DNA of 64,000 nucleotides, from assembly GCA_038231275.1 (NCBI GenBank), contig JBBRLQ010000005.1, forward strand, positions 160,001 to 224,000. The letters run 5' to 3'. Position numbers and translations under genes: made by a program. The notes beneath the pieces are model-generated. The model was not told where the DNA came from. It was given only the letters and a program-made list of their open reading frames with translations, and ran no database searches. This stretch comes from Polyangiales bacterium. Lineage in GTDB: Bacteria > Myxococcota_A > Polyangia > Polyangiales > Polyangiaceae. Position 1 is the stretch's first letter; each line of letters begins with the position of its first letter. Positions 31,085-40,522 of this stretch are shown in pieces.

Positions 31085-32161
31085 CTAACGCGGCTTGGTC
31101 CAGCAACCCGGGACGTAGTTCTTGTCGAGCAGCACCTGCCCGAAGCAGAAGTTGTTCGGGATGTTGGGCCACGAGTTCGCGCTGCCCCCCACGGGGTTGC
31201 CGTTCGAGTCGACCAGGCTGCAGGTGTTCTGCTTCCCGCTGAACGTGCAGCTCGTCTTCGATCCCGCGACCGGGTTCGTCGGGCACTTCGCGTTCAGCTT
31301 GCACGTGCCGGCGGAGTCCGCGTACGTGCACCCTCCGTCGCTCGGCGTCGTGCAGAAGTGCTCGGTGGAGTAGGAGCTCGATACGCAGGCGCCGCCGGTG
31401 CAATCGGCGTCCGAGCGGCACGGCGAGCAGAAGGAGCCGTCGCCTACGCACGCGCCGGCATTGGGCGTGCACACCTGGGCGCCCGCCTCCGCGCTGTCGG
31501 CGCACTTCGCCTCTTGGTTGCACTGCGAATCCGAGCCGCACTCCGGCGCGCAGTACTTGCCGCCCGCGGCGTCGCTCACGCAGTGCTGGCGCGCGCCGTC
31601 CACCGACACGCAGTCGACGTCGCTCGCGCACGGAGCGCAGTACGTCCGCGGCAAGCACGCCGTACGGGTCTGACCCACGGTGCGCGCGGCGGTCCGAACC
31701 TCCGGAGCCGCGTTGATGGTCGCGCAGTACCAACCTCCGCGGCACTCGGCGTCGGTCGCGCAGTCGTACTGCGTGCAGAAGGCTGCGCCGTCGGTAGGCG
31801 ACTGGCCGTAGCACCAGAAGTTCTGATCGGAGTCGCACGCGGGGTTCGCGTCGAATCCGCCGGTCGGCGAGCAGGGCGCGCCCCAAAGGCCCTTGCCGGT
31901 CTTGGTGTACTTCACCTGATCTGGCGCGCAGTAAGGGATCTTCCCTCCTGCGCAGTGGTAGTTGATCGGGCAGGTCTGCTGGCCCCCGGTCCCGTCCGCC
32001 TTGAGCGCGCAGACGAGACGGCACTCGGTGCCCTTCCCGTTGTCCACGCACTTGTTCCCCGTCGCGCACTGCGAGTCTTCGCAGCCGCTCGACGAGGAGC
32101 ACCCGTACGCCGCGAACAGCGCGACCGTGACCGAGGCAAGCGCGGCAAAATGAAGCTTCAT
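31085..32161 (-). CDS. Very Cys-rich lipoprotein
   Basis: MKLHFAALAS...AYGC lipobox; repeated CxxDxxC modules (CEDSQC, CATDAEC, CASDVDC, CGSDSQC, CRSDADC). Confidence 0.82.
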   Translation of the reverse strand: MKLHFAALASVTVALFAAYGCSSSSGCEDSQCATGNKCVDNGKGTECRLVCALKADGTGGQQTCPINYHCAGGKIPYCAPDQVKYTKTGKGLWGAPCSPTGGFDANPACDSDQNFWCYGQSPTDGAAFCTQYDCATDAECRGGWYCATINAAPEVRTAARTVGQTRTACLPRTYCAPCASDVDCVSVDGARQHCVSDAAGGKYCAPECGSDSQCNQEAKCADSAEAGAQVCTPNAGACVGDGSFCSPCRSDADCTGGACVSSSYSTEHFCTTPSDGGCTYADSAGTCKLNAKCPTNPVAGSKTSCTFSGKQNTCSLVDSNGNPVGGSANSWPNIPNNFCFGQVLLDKNYVPGCWTKPR

Positions 32162-32426
32162 TTCAAAAACCCTCGAAGCAGGCTGTCCGTGTCCGTATTT
32201 CTCCCACGGCCGCCGCCGGGGAAACAGCAAGATCGACGACAACCGTGACACGGGTCCGCTCGACAGGCCCGAGCGTACACTTCATCATAAGTTGTCTCCC
32301 GTTCCGGCGGGGTCGGGACCCGCTTGACCATTTCGAGCGCCCCGATACCCTCGCGTTAGGGTTTCCGCGTTCGTATCGTCTGCCTTCGTGCCTTCTGGTG
32401 TTCCGCAGTTTCGTGAGAGGTGTTCC

Positions 32427-33161
32427 ATGAGGTCTCCCCCCCGGTTTGCGGTGCGCTCGCTCGGTCTCGGTCTGGGCCTCGCTGGAGTGCTCGGCCTCGT
32501 GTCGTGCTCCAGCTCGAAGCCGTCGAACCAGGGCCTGGCCGCAGGTGACGGCGATCCGGTCGGCACGGAGGTGAACCCGTACGGCGTCGCCTATCCGACG
32601 AGCGGAATCGGCTTCAAAGCCCGCGGGGATGTCACCTCCGCCGCCCCTGGCGACAAGGTGAAGAACTTCAAGTTCCTCGGCTACGTCAACAGCGACAAGA
32701 ACTCCGGCCTCACCACCGTCTCCCTCGCTGACTTCTACGATCCGGAGATGCGGACCTTCAAGCTCCTGCACATCAGCGTCGCGGGCGTGTGGTGCTACTG
32801 GTGCAAAGAGGAGACGAAGGCGCTCGTCCCGCTCGTCCCCCAGCTCCGCGACAAGAAGGTCATCTACATCACGGCCCTCTCCGAGAACAACAACCACGGC
32901 CCGGCCGCCCAGTCCGATCTCGATTTCTGGGTCAACTCCTGGCACACGAACTACACGCAGGTGCTCGATCCGGGCAACCGCGACCTCGGGCCGTTCTTCA
33001 CGTCGGCCGGCATCCCGTGGAACGGCAACTTCGACGCGCGCACGATGGAGATCCTTAGCTCCACGACCAGCGCGCCCGCCGATCAGAGCGGGCAGATCGA
33101 CATTCTGGGGGACGTGAATCCGTGGCTCGATTGGATCGACAAAAACCCCATTCAGAAATGA
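32427..33161 (+). CDS. Thioredoxin-fold (redoxin) lipoprotein, WCYWC active site
   Basis: Lipobox LVSC; VSLADFY...LLHISVAGVWCYWCKEE; GIP cis-Pro-like loop; GAGAGG RBS. Confidence 0.82.
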   Translation: MRSPPRFAVRSLGLGLGLAGVLGLVSCSSSKPSNQGLAAGDGDPVGTEVNPYGVAYPTSGIGFKARGDVTSAAPGDKVKNFKFLGYVNSDKNSGLTTVSLADFYDPEMRTFKLLHISVAGVWCYWCKEETKALVPLVPQLRDKKVIYITALSENNNHGPAAQSDLDFWVNSWHTNYTQVLDPGNRDLGPFFTSAGIPWNGNFDARTMEILSSTTSAPADQSGQIDILGDVNPWLDWIDKNPIQK

Positions 33162-33721
33162 CGAAAAGACACCTCCTGCTCCTCCTCGTATCCGGGGCCA
33201 TCCTCCTTGCGGGATGCGCCGGCACGAACGGTACGGGCACCCCCACTCGGTCAGGACGCGGCGCGGTGAGCGCAGGCGCGATGGCGACCGATTTCGCCGC
33301 GCGCGATCTCGAGGGCAAGACGGTGAAGCTGACCGACTACCTCGGCAAGCAGGTCATCCTCATCGACTTCTGGGCGACGTACTGCGAGCCCTGCCTCGCG
33401 GAGATGCCGCACCTCCGGAGTCTGTACGAGAAGAACCGCACGAAGGGCTTCGTGGTCCTCGCGGTGTCGGTCGACGGGCCCGAGACGGTCGCCGACGTGC
33501 CGAGCTTCGTGAAGCGCAACGGCCTCGTGTTCCCCGTCCTCTTCGACGAGGACTCGCGCATCACGAGCGTCTACAACCCCAAAAAATCCGCTCCGCTCTC
33601 GATCTTGATCGACCGGAACGGAAAGGTGATGCGCGTCCACGAGGGGTTCAACCCCGGCGACGAGGCCGACACCGACATGGCCGTCGCGAACGTGCTCGAC
33701 CAGGCGACCGCCGCGAAATAG
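33158..33721 (+). CDS. TlpA/ResA-family disulfide reductase lipoprotein
   Basis: Lipobox LAGC; DFWATYCEPCLAEMPHL, FPVLFD, APLSILIDRNGKV; ATGA overlap with the upstream gene. Confidence 0.92.
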   Translation: MTKRHLLLLLVSGAILLAGCAGTNGTGTPTRSGRGAVSAGAMATDFAARDLEGKTVKLTDYLGKQVILIDFWATYCEPCLAEMPHLRSLYEKNRTKGFVVLAVSVDGPETVADVPSFVKRNGLVFPVLFDEDSRITSVYNPKKSAPLSILIDRNGKVMRVHEGFNPGDEADTDMAVANVLDQATAAK

Positions 33722-33737
33722 CATCGACGCACGCGCG

Positions 33738-35615
33738 ATGCGCTCTCGTGCGGCAAAGACCACGCTCCTCTTCGGCCTCGCCGCGACGATCGGCGCGTGG
33801 CCCCGGGACGCCTCCGCCGTGGACTTGCCGGACGTGGCGGGTCAGCCGCTCACCCTCGACGTCACCGAGACGAGCGTGGTCGCGCAGCATTTCGACGCGC
33901 GGACCGCCGAGGGCGAGAGGACGATCGATCAAGGGTACGGAGCGTGGGTGAACCGGCTCAACGTGGCGCTGAAGAGCGGGCGGTGGACGCTCGGCATGCG
34001 CCTCGACTCGTCGCTCTATTGGCGGCGCCCCGAGGATCGCGCCGATCTCGATCCGCGCGACGTGCCCACCGTGAAGGCCGACGGCGCGTCTCGATTCCGC
34101 GACGCGATCTACCCGGCCAAGATCTGGATCAACTACACCGCGCCGGGGCTCGAGGTGACGGCGGGCGACGCGTACGTGCAGTTCGGCCGCGGGCTCGTCC
34201 TCAGCATGCGCAAGATCGACGAGCTCGGCGTCGACACGACGCTCCGCGGCATCAAGGTCGCGTGGCAGCAAGATCCGTTCGCCGCCACCGTCGTCGCCGG
34301 CATCGCCAACCCCACGCGCGTCGACGAGGCGACCGGCCGCGCGCTCTTCCTGCCGAAGACCACCGCCACCGACACGCGCGGACCCCAGCCGCTGTTCGGC
34401 TCCGATCGCGTGATCGGCGCGTCGATCCAAGCAGGGCGCGGCCTGCCGATCGCGCTCATGACCCACGCGGTGCGCATCACCCGCTGCGCGCCGTACCACT
34501 ACAACGCGAACGGGAGCATCGACGACGGCACCTTCGCGACGCCGCTCGGCTCGTGTGACGCGCAAGACACGCGGACATGGCTCGCCACGTTGCCGACGAG
34601 CGACGGCACCACCACGGCGAGCGAGATCGAGATGGTGGGGCAGGGCGTCGAAATCCCGAACGTCTTCGGTCACGGCAAAATTTACATCGAGGGCGCCGTC
34701 CAGCACCGCTTCCACGACGCGCAGCCCGACGAGCCGCATGCCAACGGAAACGCGCTCTACGCCGCGATCAACGCCGACGTCGGCCCGCTCACGAACACGT
34801 TGGAGCTCAAGAGCTACCGAAACTTTTGGCCGGCCACCGGCTCGGTGCGCGCGACCGAGCTCGACAACACGCGCTACACGACGCCTCCGACCGCCGAGCT
34901 CGTCACGCAGGACGCGGAGTTCGGCAACTTCAACGTGTGCGTCAACGGCGGGCGCCTCCGCTCGAACGTGCGTTTGAACGACGGTCTCCTCGTGTACGGC
35001 GCGACCGGCTATTTCCGCTCGCAGAGCGAGGTCGCCGGCGGATCGTGCGATCGCGATGGCAAGACGCTCAGCTCCGGCAAGAGCGCGAACGAGGTGGTCA
35101 CGCACGTCTTCGACGGCCTCTCCGGCATCGAGTGGAGCTTCGAGCACGCGCGATCGCACCTCTACGCGTCCGGCGGTGTGCGCAACGACGTGCGCGCCGA
35201 CGACGCGTTCTACTACCGAGAGCTGCACGCCGAGTACGCGTTCACGAAGTCCCTATCGGGTCCGTTTTCGTTGGAGCTCACCGGCCGGCACCGCATGCGC
35301 AAGCAAGACTCCGAGAACGTGCGCGTGTCCGACGCGACGGGTCGCTACGCCGAGGCGCCGTGGCACGAGGGGGAGCACTACACGGCGATCAAGGTCGCGC
35401 CGAAGTGGGTCTTCAGCCAGGGGTTCGAGTACACGACGCTCGTCGGGTTCCCGACGTACTACTTCAACGGCAGCGTGCTCTACCGCCTGTCGATGGGCTC
35501 GAACGTGAAGCTGCTGGTCGGCCAGCAGCGCGGCGGGCTGAAGTGCGTGAGCGGCGTGTGCAAGGTCTTCCCCGCGTTCGAAGGCGTCCGCGCCGAGCTC
35601 ACCCTGAGGTTCTAA
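33738..35615 (+). CDS. Outer-membrane beta-barrel protein, DUF6029-like
   Basis: Signal peptide; AGDAYVQFGRGLVL...LGVDTTLRGI; C-terminal QQRGGLKCVSGVCKVFPAFEGVRAELTLRF. Confidence 0.72.
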   Translation: MRSRAAKTTLLFGLAATIGAWPRDASAVDLPDVAGQPLTLDVTETSVVAQHFDARTAEGERTIDQGYGAWVNRLNVALKSGRWTLGMRLDSSLYWRRPEDRADLDPRDVPTVKADGASRFRDAIYPAKIWINYTAPGLEVTAGDAYVQFGRGLVLSMRKIDELGVDTTLRGIKVAWQQDPFAATVVAGIANPTRVDEATGRALFLPKTTATDTRGPQPLFGSDRVIGASIQAGRGLPIALMTHAVRITRCAPYHYNANGSIDDGTFATPLGSCDAQDTRTWLATLPTSDGTTTASEIEMVGQGVEIPNVFGHGKIYIEGAVQHRFHDAQPDEPHANGNALYAAINADVGPLTNTLELKSYRNFWPATGSVRATELDNTRYTTPPTAELVTQDAEFGNFNVCVNGGRLRSNVRLNDGLLVYGATGYFRSQSEVAGGSCDRDGKTLSSGKSANEVVTHVFDGLSGIEWSFEHARSHLYASGGVRNDVRADDAFYYRELHAEYAFTKSLSGPFSLELTGRHRMRKQDSENVRVSDATGRYAEAPWHEGEHYTAIKVAPKWVFSQGFEYTTLVGFPTYYFNGSVLYRLSMGSNVKLLVGQQRGGLKCVSGVCKVFPAFEGVRAELTLRF

Positions 35616-35622
35616 CCTTTCG

Positions 35623-37455
35623 TCACGGATCGACGGCGCCGTCGAGGGCCATGAGAAACGGCAGGAGCGCGTCCTTCGCGTTGTGATCGAACGTGACGAG
35701 CCACGGCGGCGCGTTCCCGATCGCGCGCGGATCGCCGGGAGGCAAACCTCCTTGCGAGTAGAGCGTGACGACGGCGTCGAGCGTCGCCAGTTTGCCGCCG
35801 TGGCCGTACGGCGCGGTCCCGGCGACGCCGCGCAAGGTCGGCGTCTTGAACGCGCCGACGGCGAGCGGATCGATGTCGATGCGGAGCGAGTGCCCGGTGA
35901 AACGATCGTCGCTGAACGGGCCGACCGAGAGGAACGGGCTCTGGATGAGGAGCGCTTGCCCGTCTTGTCGCCCGACGTCGGCGAGCCCGTCGAGACGCCC
36001 GGTCGGAAAGCGCGTCGCGTGGAACGCATCATCGGTGAGGCGGGGCCCCCAGTGGCACTGCGCGCAGCCGAGCCGGAAGAAGACCGTGAGCCCGCCCTTC
36101 TCGGCAGGCGTGAGCGCGCCCGTGTCGCCTCCGATGTACGCGTCGAGCCGGTTCGGCTTCACGCGCAAGGTGCGCTCGTACGCGGCGATCGACTTGCCGA
36201 CGTTGACGAAGACGCGCGAGACGAGCGTCTGATCGGCGCCGACCATCTTGTCGTACGCGGCCACCCCCGGCTGTCCAGACGGCGGAAATCGCGCGGTGTC
36301 GCCAAGCGGAGGGAGCGTGCTCCACACCGCCTGGTAGTCGGCGGCGTACGCGTCGAACACGCGGTGCGCGACGAACAAGCGCGACGAGCCGAACTCCTTC
36401 GCGTTCTCGATCGGTTGGAGCGCCTGCATCCACAGCGTGTCGGCGCGCCCGTCCCAGAACTGCCAGCGCTGGTGCGCCGCGAGGCCGAGCGACGGCGCGT
36501 TGCGATCGGTGTGATCGAGCCCCTCGGAGACCCCCAGGCCGTCGGTGAAGAGCTTCGCGGGGACGTGGCACGTCGCGCACGAGACGGTGCCGCTCGGCGA
36601 CAGCGTCGAATCCGAGAAGAGGCGCTTGCCGAGCGCGGCGGCGGCGGCATCATCGGCCTTAGCGTTCGTCGTGTCGGGCGGCGGCACCGGCGCGAGCTTC
36701 ATGCCCTGGAGCTGGTCCCACTCGTTCGGGAAGAAGTGCCCGTCGACCTTGATTTCCTGCGGGATCGTCGGTGCGGGCGCGCCGTCGAGCGCGGCGAGCG
36801 TTTGGCGAATGCGCAGCTCGAGGTACGCCGGGTCGGGGTTCGTCGCGAGATCGACGGCGATCATCGTTCGCGTGTCGACGAAGACGTAGAGCGGCAGCGG
36901 CGCGGACGTCGGGTTGATCTTGCCGAGGCGAAACGTGGGGTCGGCGCCGACGCGATCGGGCGCGTCGATGAGCTTGGTGAGCTTGTTGACGTCGAACGGC
37001 CGCGGGGAAAAGCCGTCCTCGTTGGCGAGCTCGAGATCGAGGAAGCGAAGGCGCGCGCCGACGTCGAGTGCCTTGATCGCGCCGGTGTGCGCGTAGTGCC
37101 AGAGGCACGTCCCGCACCATGCGGCGCCGACGCGCAGGACGAGGAGCCGCGACTGCGGCGCGCACGGCTCGAAGTATTCGTGGAGCGAGACCTTCGCCGC
37201 GGCGCCTTCTGGCGTCACCACGTCGAAGACGAGGTCCGGCAGGGTTGCGTTCAAGGCCACCTGCGTCGGGCGATTCGGGTATGCGCCGTCGACGCTCCGT
37301 CCATCCTTGCAGAGCGAAGGGAGCGCCGCGTCGACGCCCGCGTCGAGAGGCGTGGCCACGGCGCTGGGGCTCGTGTAGACGCCGCTCCCCTCGCACGCGC
37401 CGAGGGCCGCGATACCGAGCAGGACGAAGGGGGCGGCCGCGCGGGCGACCTTCAT
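35623..37455 (-). CDS. Lipoprotein: thioredoxin-like domain fused to a di-heme cytochrome c peroxidase (CcP/MauG family)
   Basis: Lipobox LGAC; WCGTC; LGKRLFSD..LS...SCATCH, RNAPSL, QFWDGRA, CAQCH, FKTPTLR...APYGHGG. Confidence 0.9.
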   Translation of the reverse strand: MKVARAAAPFVLLGIAALGACEGSGVYTSPSAVATPLDAGVDAALPSLCKDGRSVDGAYPNRPTQVALNATLPDLVFDVVTPEGAAAKVSLHEYFEPCAPQSRLLVLRVGAAWCGTCLWHYAHTGAIKALDVGARLRFLDLELANEDGFSPRPFDVNKLTKLIDAPDRVGADPTFRLGKINPTSAPLPLYVFVDTRTMIAVDLATNPDPAYLELRIRQTLAALDGAPAPTIPQEIKVDGHFFPNEWDQLQGMKLAPVPPPDTTNAKADDAAAAALGKRLFSDSTLSPSGTVSCATCHVPAKLFTDGLGVSEGLDHTDRNAPSLGLAAHQRWQFWDGRADTLWMQALQPIENAKEFGSSRLFVAHRVFDAYAADYQAVWSTLPPLGDTARFPPSGQPGVAAYDKMVGADQTLVSRVFVNVGKSIAAYERTLRVKPNRLDAYIGGDTGALTPAEKGGLTVFFRLGCAQCHWGPRLTDDAFHATRFPTGRLDGLADVGRQDGQALLIQSPFLSVGPFSDDRFTGHSLRIDIDPLAVGAFKTPTLRGVAGTAPYGHGGKLATLDAVVTLYSQGGLPPGDPRAIGNAPPWLVTFDHNAKDALLPFLMALDGAVDP

Positions 37456-39473
37456 CGGGGAAACGCCGCGGCGTTGCCGCCGTCCACGGTCACGACGCAC
37501 CCGGTTGTCGCGCGCGCGCCGGCCAGCCACGCAAACGCGTCGGCCACGTCGGCGGCGAGGACCTCGCGCTCCAGCAAATTGGCGCGAAAATACGCGTCCA
37601 CGGGGAGCCCTCGCGCCTTCGCGCGCGACTCGAGCACGCCGCCGGCGAAGAGCTGCGTGCGCACGCGATCGGCGTTGACGGCATTGGCGCGAATGCCCGA
37701 CTTTCCGAGATCGATCGCGTACTGCTTCATCAGCGCGACCAGCGCGCTCTTCGCGACCGCGTACGGGCCGAAGCCAGGCCCCGGGTTGAACGCCGCCTTG
37801 CTCGCGTTGAAGAGGAGGCACCCGCCGCGCCCTTGCGCGAGCATGACGTCGCTCGCGAGGCGCGCCACCGTCGCGTGCGACAGGAGGTTCGCCTCCAGCG
37901 AGCCGCGCAGCGCGTCCTGGCCGCCCTTGGTGTGGAGCGCCCCTTCGGGCGCGTCGCCGGCGTTCGAGACGACGACGTCGAGCCCGCCGAACGCGCGAAC
38001 GCATTCACCGATCGCTGCCGCCACCTCCACCTCGCGCGTCACGTCGGCCTTGGCGAACACCACTTGGCTCCTCTTCTTCGGATCGACCACGATTTCCGTG
38101 CGATCGACGAGCATGACGTGCGCGCCGAGCTCGACGAGACGCGCCGCGGTGGCCTGTCCGATCCCGCTCGCCGCGCCGGTGACGAGCGCGATGGCGCGAC
38201 CGAGCGGCGCCTCGACGGTCTTTTTGATCTTCGCTTGCTCGAGGCCCCAGTACTCGACGTCGAAGAGATCCGCCCGATCGACGGGGGCGTATTTGCCGAC
38301 GTACGTGGCATCGAGGACGACGTCGATCGTGTGCTCGTAGACGTCGGCAGCGATGTCGGCCTCGGCGCGCGTCTTGCCGACGGTGACGATGCCGACCTTG
38401 GGGACCAAGAGCACGCGCGGCCACGGATCGAGCTTCGTCCGCGTCACTTCTTTCGCGCGCGTCATCTGATCGAAGTACGCGTCGTAGAGCGCGGCATAGT
38501 CGAGGATCTTGGCCTCGAGATCCTCGTCGTCGCGCACGAAGAGGGGCACGGGTTTGGTGCGGAGGACGTGGTCGGGCGTGACGCAGCCGATCTGCGAGAG
38601 CAGCTTGGCGTGCGGCAAATCGAGGAAGGAGAGCGCGCTGTCGGTGGCGCGGACGGTGAGGATCGGGCCGCGCTCGGGCGGCAATCCTGCGGCCTTCGCG
38701 AGCGCGCCGCGGAGGCGCGGGAGGAGGCGTGTTTCGCGTGCCGGATCGCGCGACACGCTTGGCATCACGACGGTCGCGCGCCGATCGGCGACGAACCGCT
38801 CGGCGCGCGTCACCGCCTCGATCATCCGCTCGTAGCTCTCCTTCGCGGTCTCTCCGTACGTGAAGACGCCGTGGCGCTCGAGCACGATGACGCCCGGCTT
38901 CGTGCGCGCGGCCACCGCGTCGAAGGCCTCGGCGCAGCGCTTCGCGAGCGTGAAACCTGGCATCACGTACGGGACCCACACGAGGCCGTCGCCGAAGAGC
39001 TCGCGGCAGAGATCGTGCGCGTTCGGCTGGTCGGCGACGCTGAGGACTGCGTCGGCGTGCGTGTGATCGATGAACCGCGCCGGCAAGAACGCGTGGAGCA
39101 GCGCCTCGACGCTTGGGGTGGGCGCGCCGGCGTCGAGAAGCGCGAGGCGCAGCGCGTTCACCATGTCTTCGTCGCGCAGCGCGCCGAGCTCGCGGAGAGC
39201 GCGGAGGGGCGCGAGGCGGACGGCAGGGTGCCCTGGCGGCTCGATCGTCGCGAGATCCCAGCCCGAGCCCTTGATCCACATCACCTCGACGTCCTCGCCG
39301 AGCAGCGTCGTCGCGCGCCCCTTCGCCGACGTGTTGCCGCCGCCGTGAAGGACGAGCGACGCGTCGGCGCCGAGGAGGCGCGCGGTGTAGGTCCTGAGGG
39401 CGACCGCCTCGGGGACGCCCGGGAAGGTCGTCGCGACGGCGGCGGCCTCGCGATCGTCGTAGCGGCTCTGCAT
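37452..39473 (-). CDS. Bifunctional class II aldolase/short-chain dehydrogenase (rhamnulose-1-P aldolase/SDR type)
   Basis: LVLHGGGNTS, KGSGWDL, PSVEALLH, DHTHAD, TPDHVLRTK, EYWGLEQAK, TGAASGIG, YAVAK. Confidence 0.92.
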   Translation of the reverse strand: MQSRYDDREAAAVATTFPGVPEAVALRTYTARLLGADASLVLHGGGNTSAKGRATTLLGEDVEVMWIKGSGWDLATIEPPGHPAVRLAPLRALRELGALRDEDMVNALRLALLDAGAPTPSVEALLHAFLPARFIDHTHADAVLSVADQPNAHDLCRELFGDGLVWVPYVMPGFTLAKRCAEAFDAVAARTKPGVIVLERHGVFTYGETAKESYERMIEAVTRAERFVADRRATVVMPSVSRDPARETRLLPRLRGALAKAAGLPPERGPILTVRATDSALSFLDLPHAKLLSQIGCVTPDHVLRTKPVPLFVRDDEDLEAKILDYAALYDAYFDQMTRAKEVTRTKLDPWPRVLLVPKVGIVTVGKTRAEADIAADVYEHTIDVVLDATYVGKYAPVDRADLFDVEYWGLEQAKIKKTVEAPLGRAIALVTGAASGIGQATAARLVELGAHVMLVDRTEIVVDPKKRSQVVFAKADVTREVEVAAAIGECVRAFGGLDVVVSNAGDAPEGALHTKGGQDALRGSLEANLLSHATVARLASDVMLAQGRGGCLLFNASKAAFNPGPGFGPYAVAKSALVALMKQYAIDLGKSGIRANAVNADRVRTQLFAGGVLESRAKARGLPVDAYFRANLLEREVLAADVADAFAWLAGARATTGCVVTVDGGNAAAFPR

Positions 39474-39498
39474 GAGCCGAAAGCTAGCGGGTTTTTGC

Positions 39499-40419
39499 CT
39501 ACTCCGCCGCGTGCGAAGCGACGCTCGCGTCCGAGGCGAGGCACCGGGCCAAAAAGGGCCGCGCGTGGGCCGCGAACGCTGCCGGGTATTCCTCGTGCGC
39601 GAAGAGCTTGGCGCCGGGAAGAACGACGAGCTCCGCGCCGCCCGCGAACTGCGGGAGCATCTCGCGCGCCTTGCCGACCGGGAAGAAGGGATCGTTCTCG
39701 CCCCAGACGCAGAGCGTCGGCGCGGTGATCTTGGCGTGCACGTCAACCATGCGATCGAGCAGCGCGAAGTCGAGCGCGCGCACGAGGCCCATCTGCCCTT
39801 CGACGACGGCCGGGCGCTCGAGCGGCGCGACGAAGAGATCGAAGAACTCGCCGTCGGCGAGCCGCGGATCCCGGAAGCAGGTCCCGAACGCGAGCGGCGA
39901 GCGTCGCAGCACGCCGACCTGGAGGCTCGCCCAGAAGGCGCGCGTGAGGGCGGGCGACTTGGCGGCGAGCACGTACATCTTGAGGAGGAGCGGGTGGTGC
40001 CCGGGGATCTCGGTGCCAGAGAGCACGAGCCCCTTCACGCGACGATCGCCGGCCGCGACGTGCCGCGCGATGGCCCCGCCGCTGTCGTGCGCGAGGAGCG
40101 CGTACTGCTCGAGGCCGATGGCGTCGATCGCCTCGCGCAGCGCCGCGGCGTTCTCCAGGAAGCCGATCGCCGCGTTCCAAAGCGTGTTGCCGGTTCCCGG
40201 CATGTCGAACAGGTGCACCGTGAAGGAGCGCGTGAGATACGGAAGCAGCCCGCGAAACGTCGCCGAGTGCAGTGGCCAGCCGTGCACGAGCACGAGATCG
40301 GGCCCGCTGCCGAAGCGGTAATACGCGAGCGCGCCGCCTGTCACGGCAACGAGCTGGCGCGGGGCGGCGAAGCGGGCAGAAAAGTCGGTCGTGTCGAAGA
40401 GGGAATCGTTGGTCGTCAT
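39499..40419 (-). CDS. Alpha/beta hydrolase (epoxide hydrolase/dehalogenase-like)
   Basis: LVHGWP, DMPGTG, AHDSGG, WGENDPF; AAGGAG RBS before ATG 40419. The usual catalytic His position reads AKLFAHEE. Confidence 0.85.
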   Translation of the reverse strand: MTTNDSLFDTTDFSARFAAPRQLVAVTGGALAYYRFGSGPDLVLVHGWPLHSATFRGLLPYLTRSFTVHLFDMPGTGNTLWNAAIGFLENAAALREAIDAIGLEQYALLAHDSGGAIARHVAAGDRRVKGLVLSGTEIPGHHPLLLKMYVLAAKSPALTRAFWASLQVGVLRRSPLAFGTCFRDPRLADGEFFDLFVAPLERPAVVEGQMGLVRALDFALLDRMVDVHAKITAPTLCVWGENDPFFPVGKAREMLPQFAGGAELVVLPGAKLFAHEEYPAAFAAHARPFLARCLASDASVASHAAE

Positions 40420-40473
40420 CGTGGGCTCCTTCATGGTGCCCGGAGGGTGGGCGCGCGCCGGCGATCCGGCAAT

Positions 40474-40487
40474 TACCTCCCCCGGTA
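40474..40487. promoter_or_regulatory. Possible operator TACC-N6-GGTA for the divergent XRE regulator
   Basis: Short dyad in the hydrolase/regulator intergenic region. Confidence 0.3.
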
Positions 40488-40522
40488 GGCGACAACGAAT
40501 CGCCGCGCGCTAGAGTCCGTTC

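Noticed and set aside
32324..32351. Sigma70 promoter TTGACC-N16-TACCCT for the redoxin operon
   Set aside because: Plausible, but the -10 match is weak and the spacer short; not supportable without TSS data.
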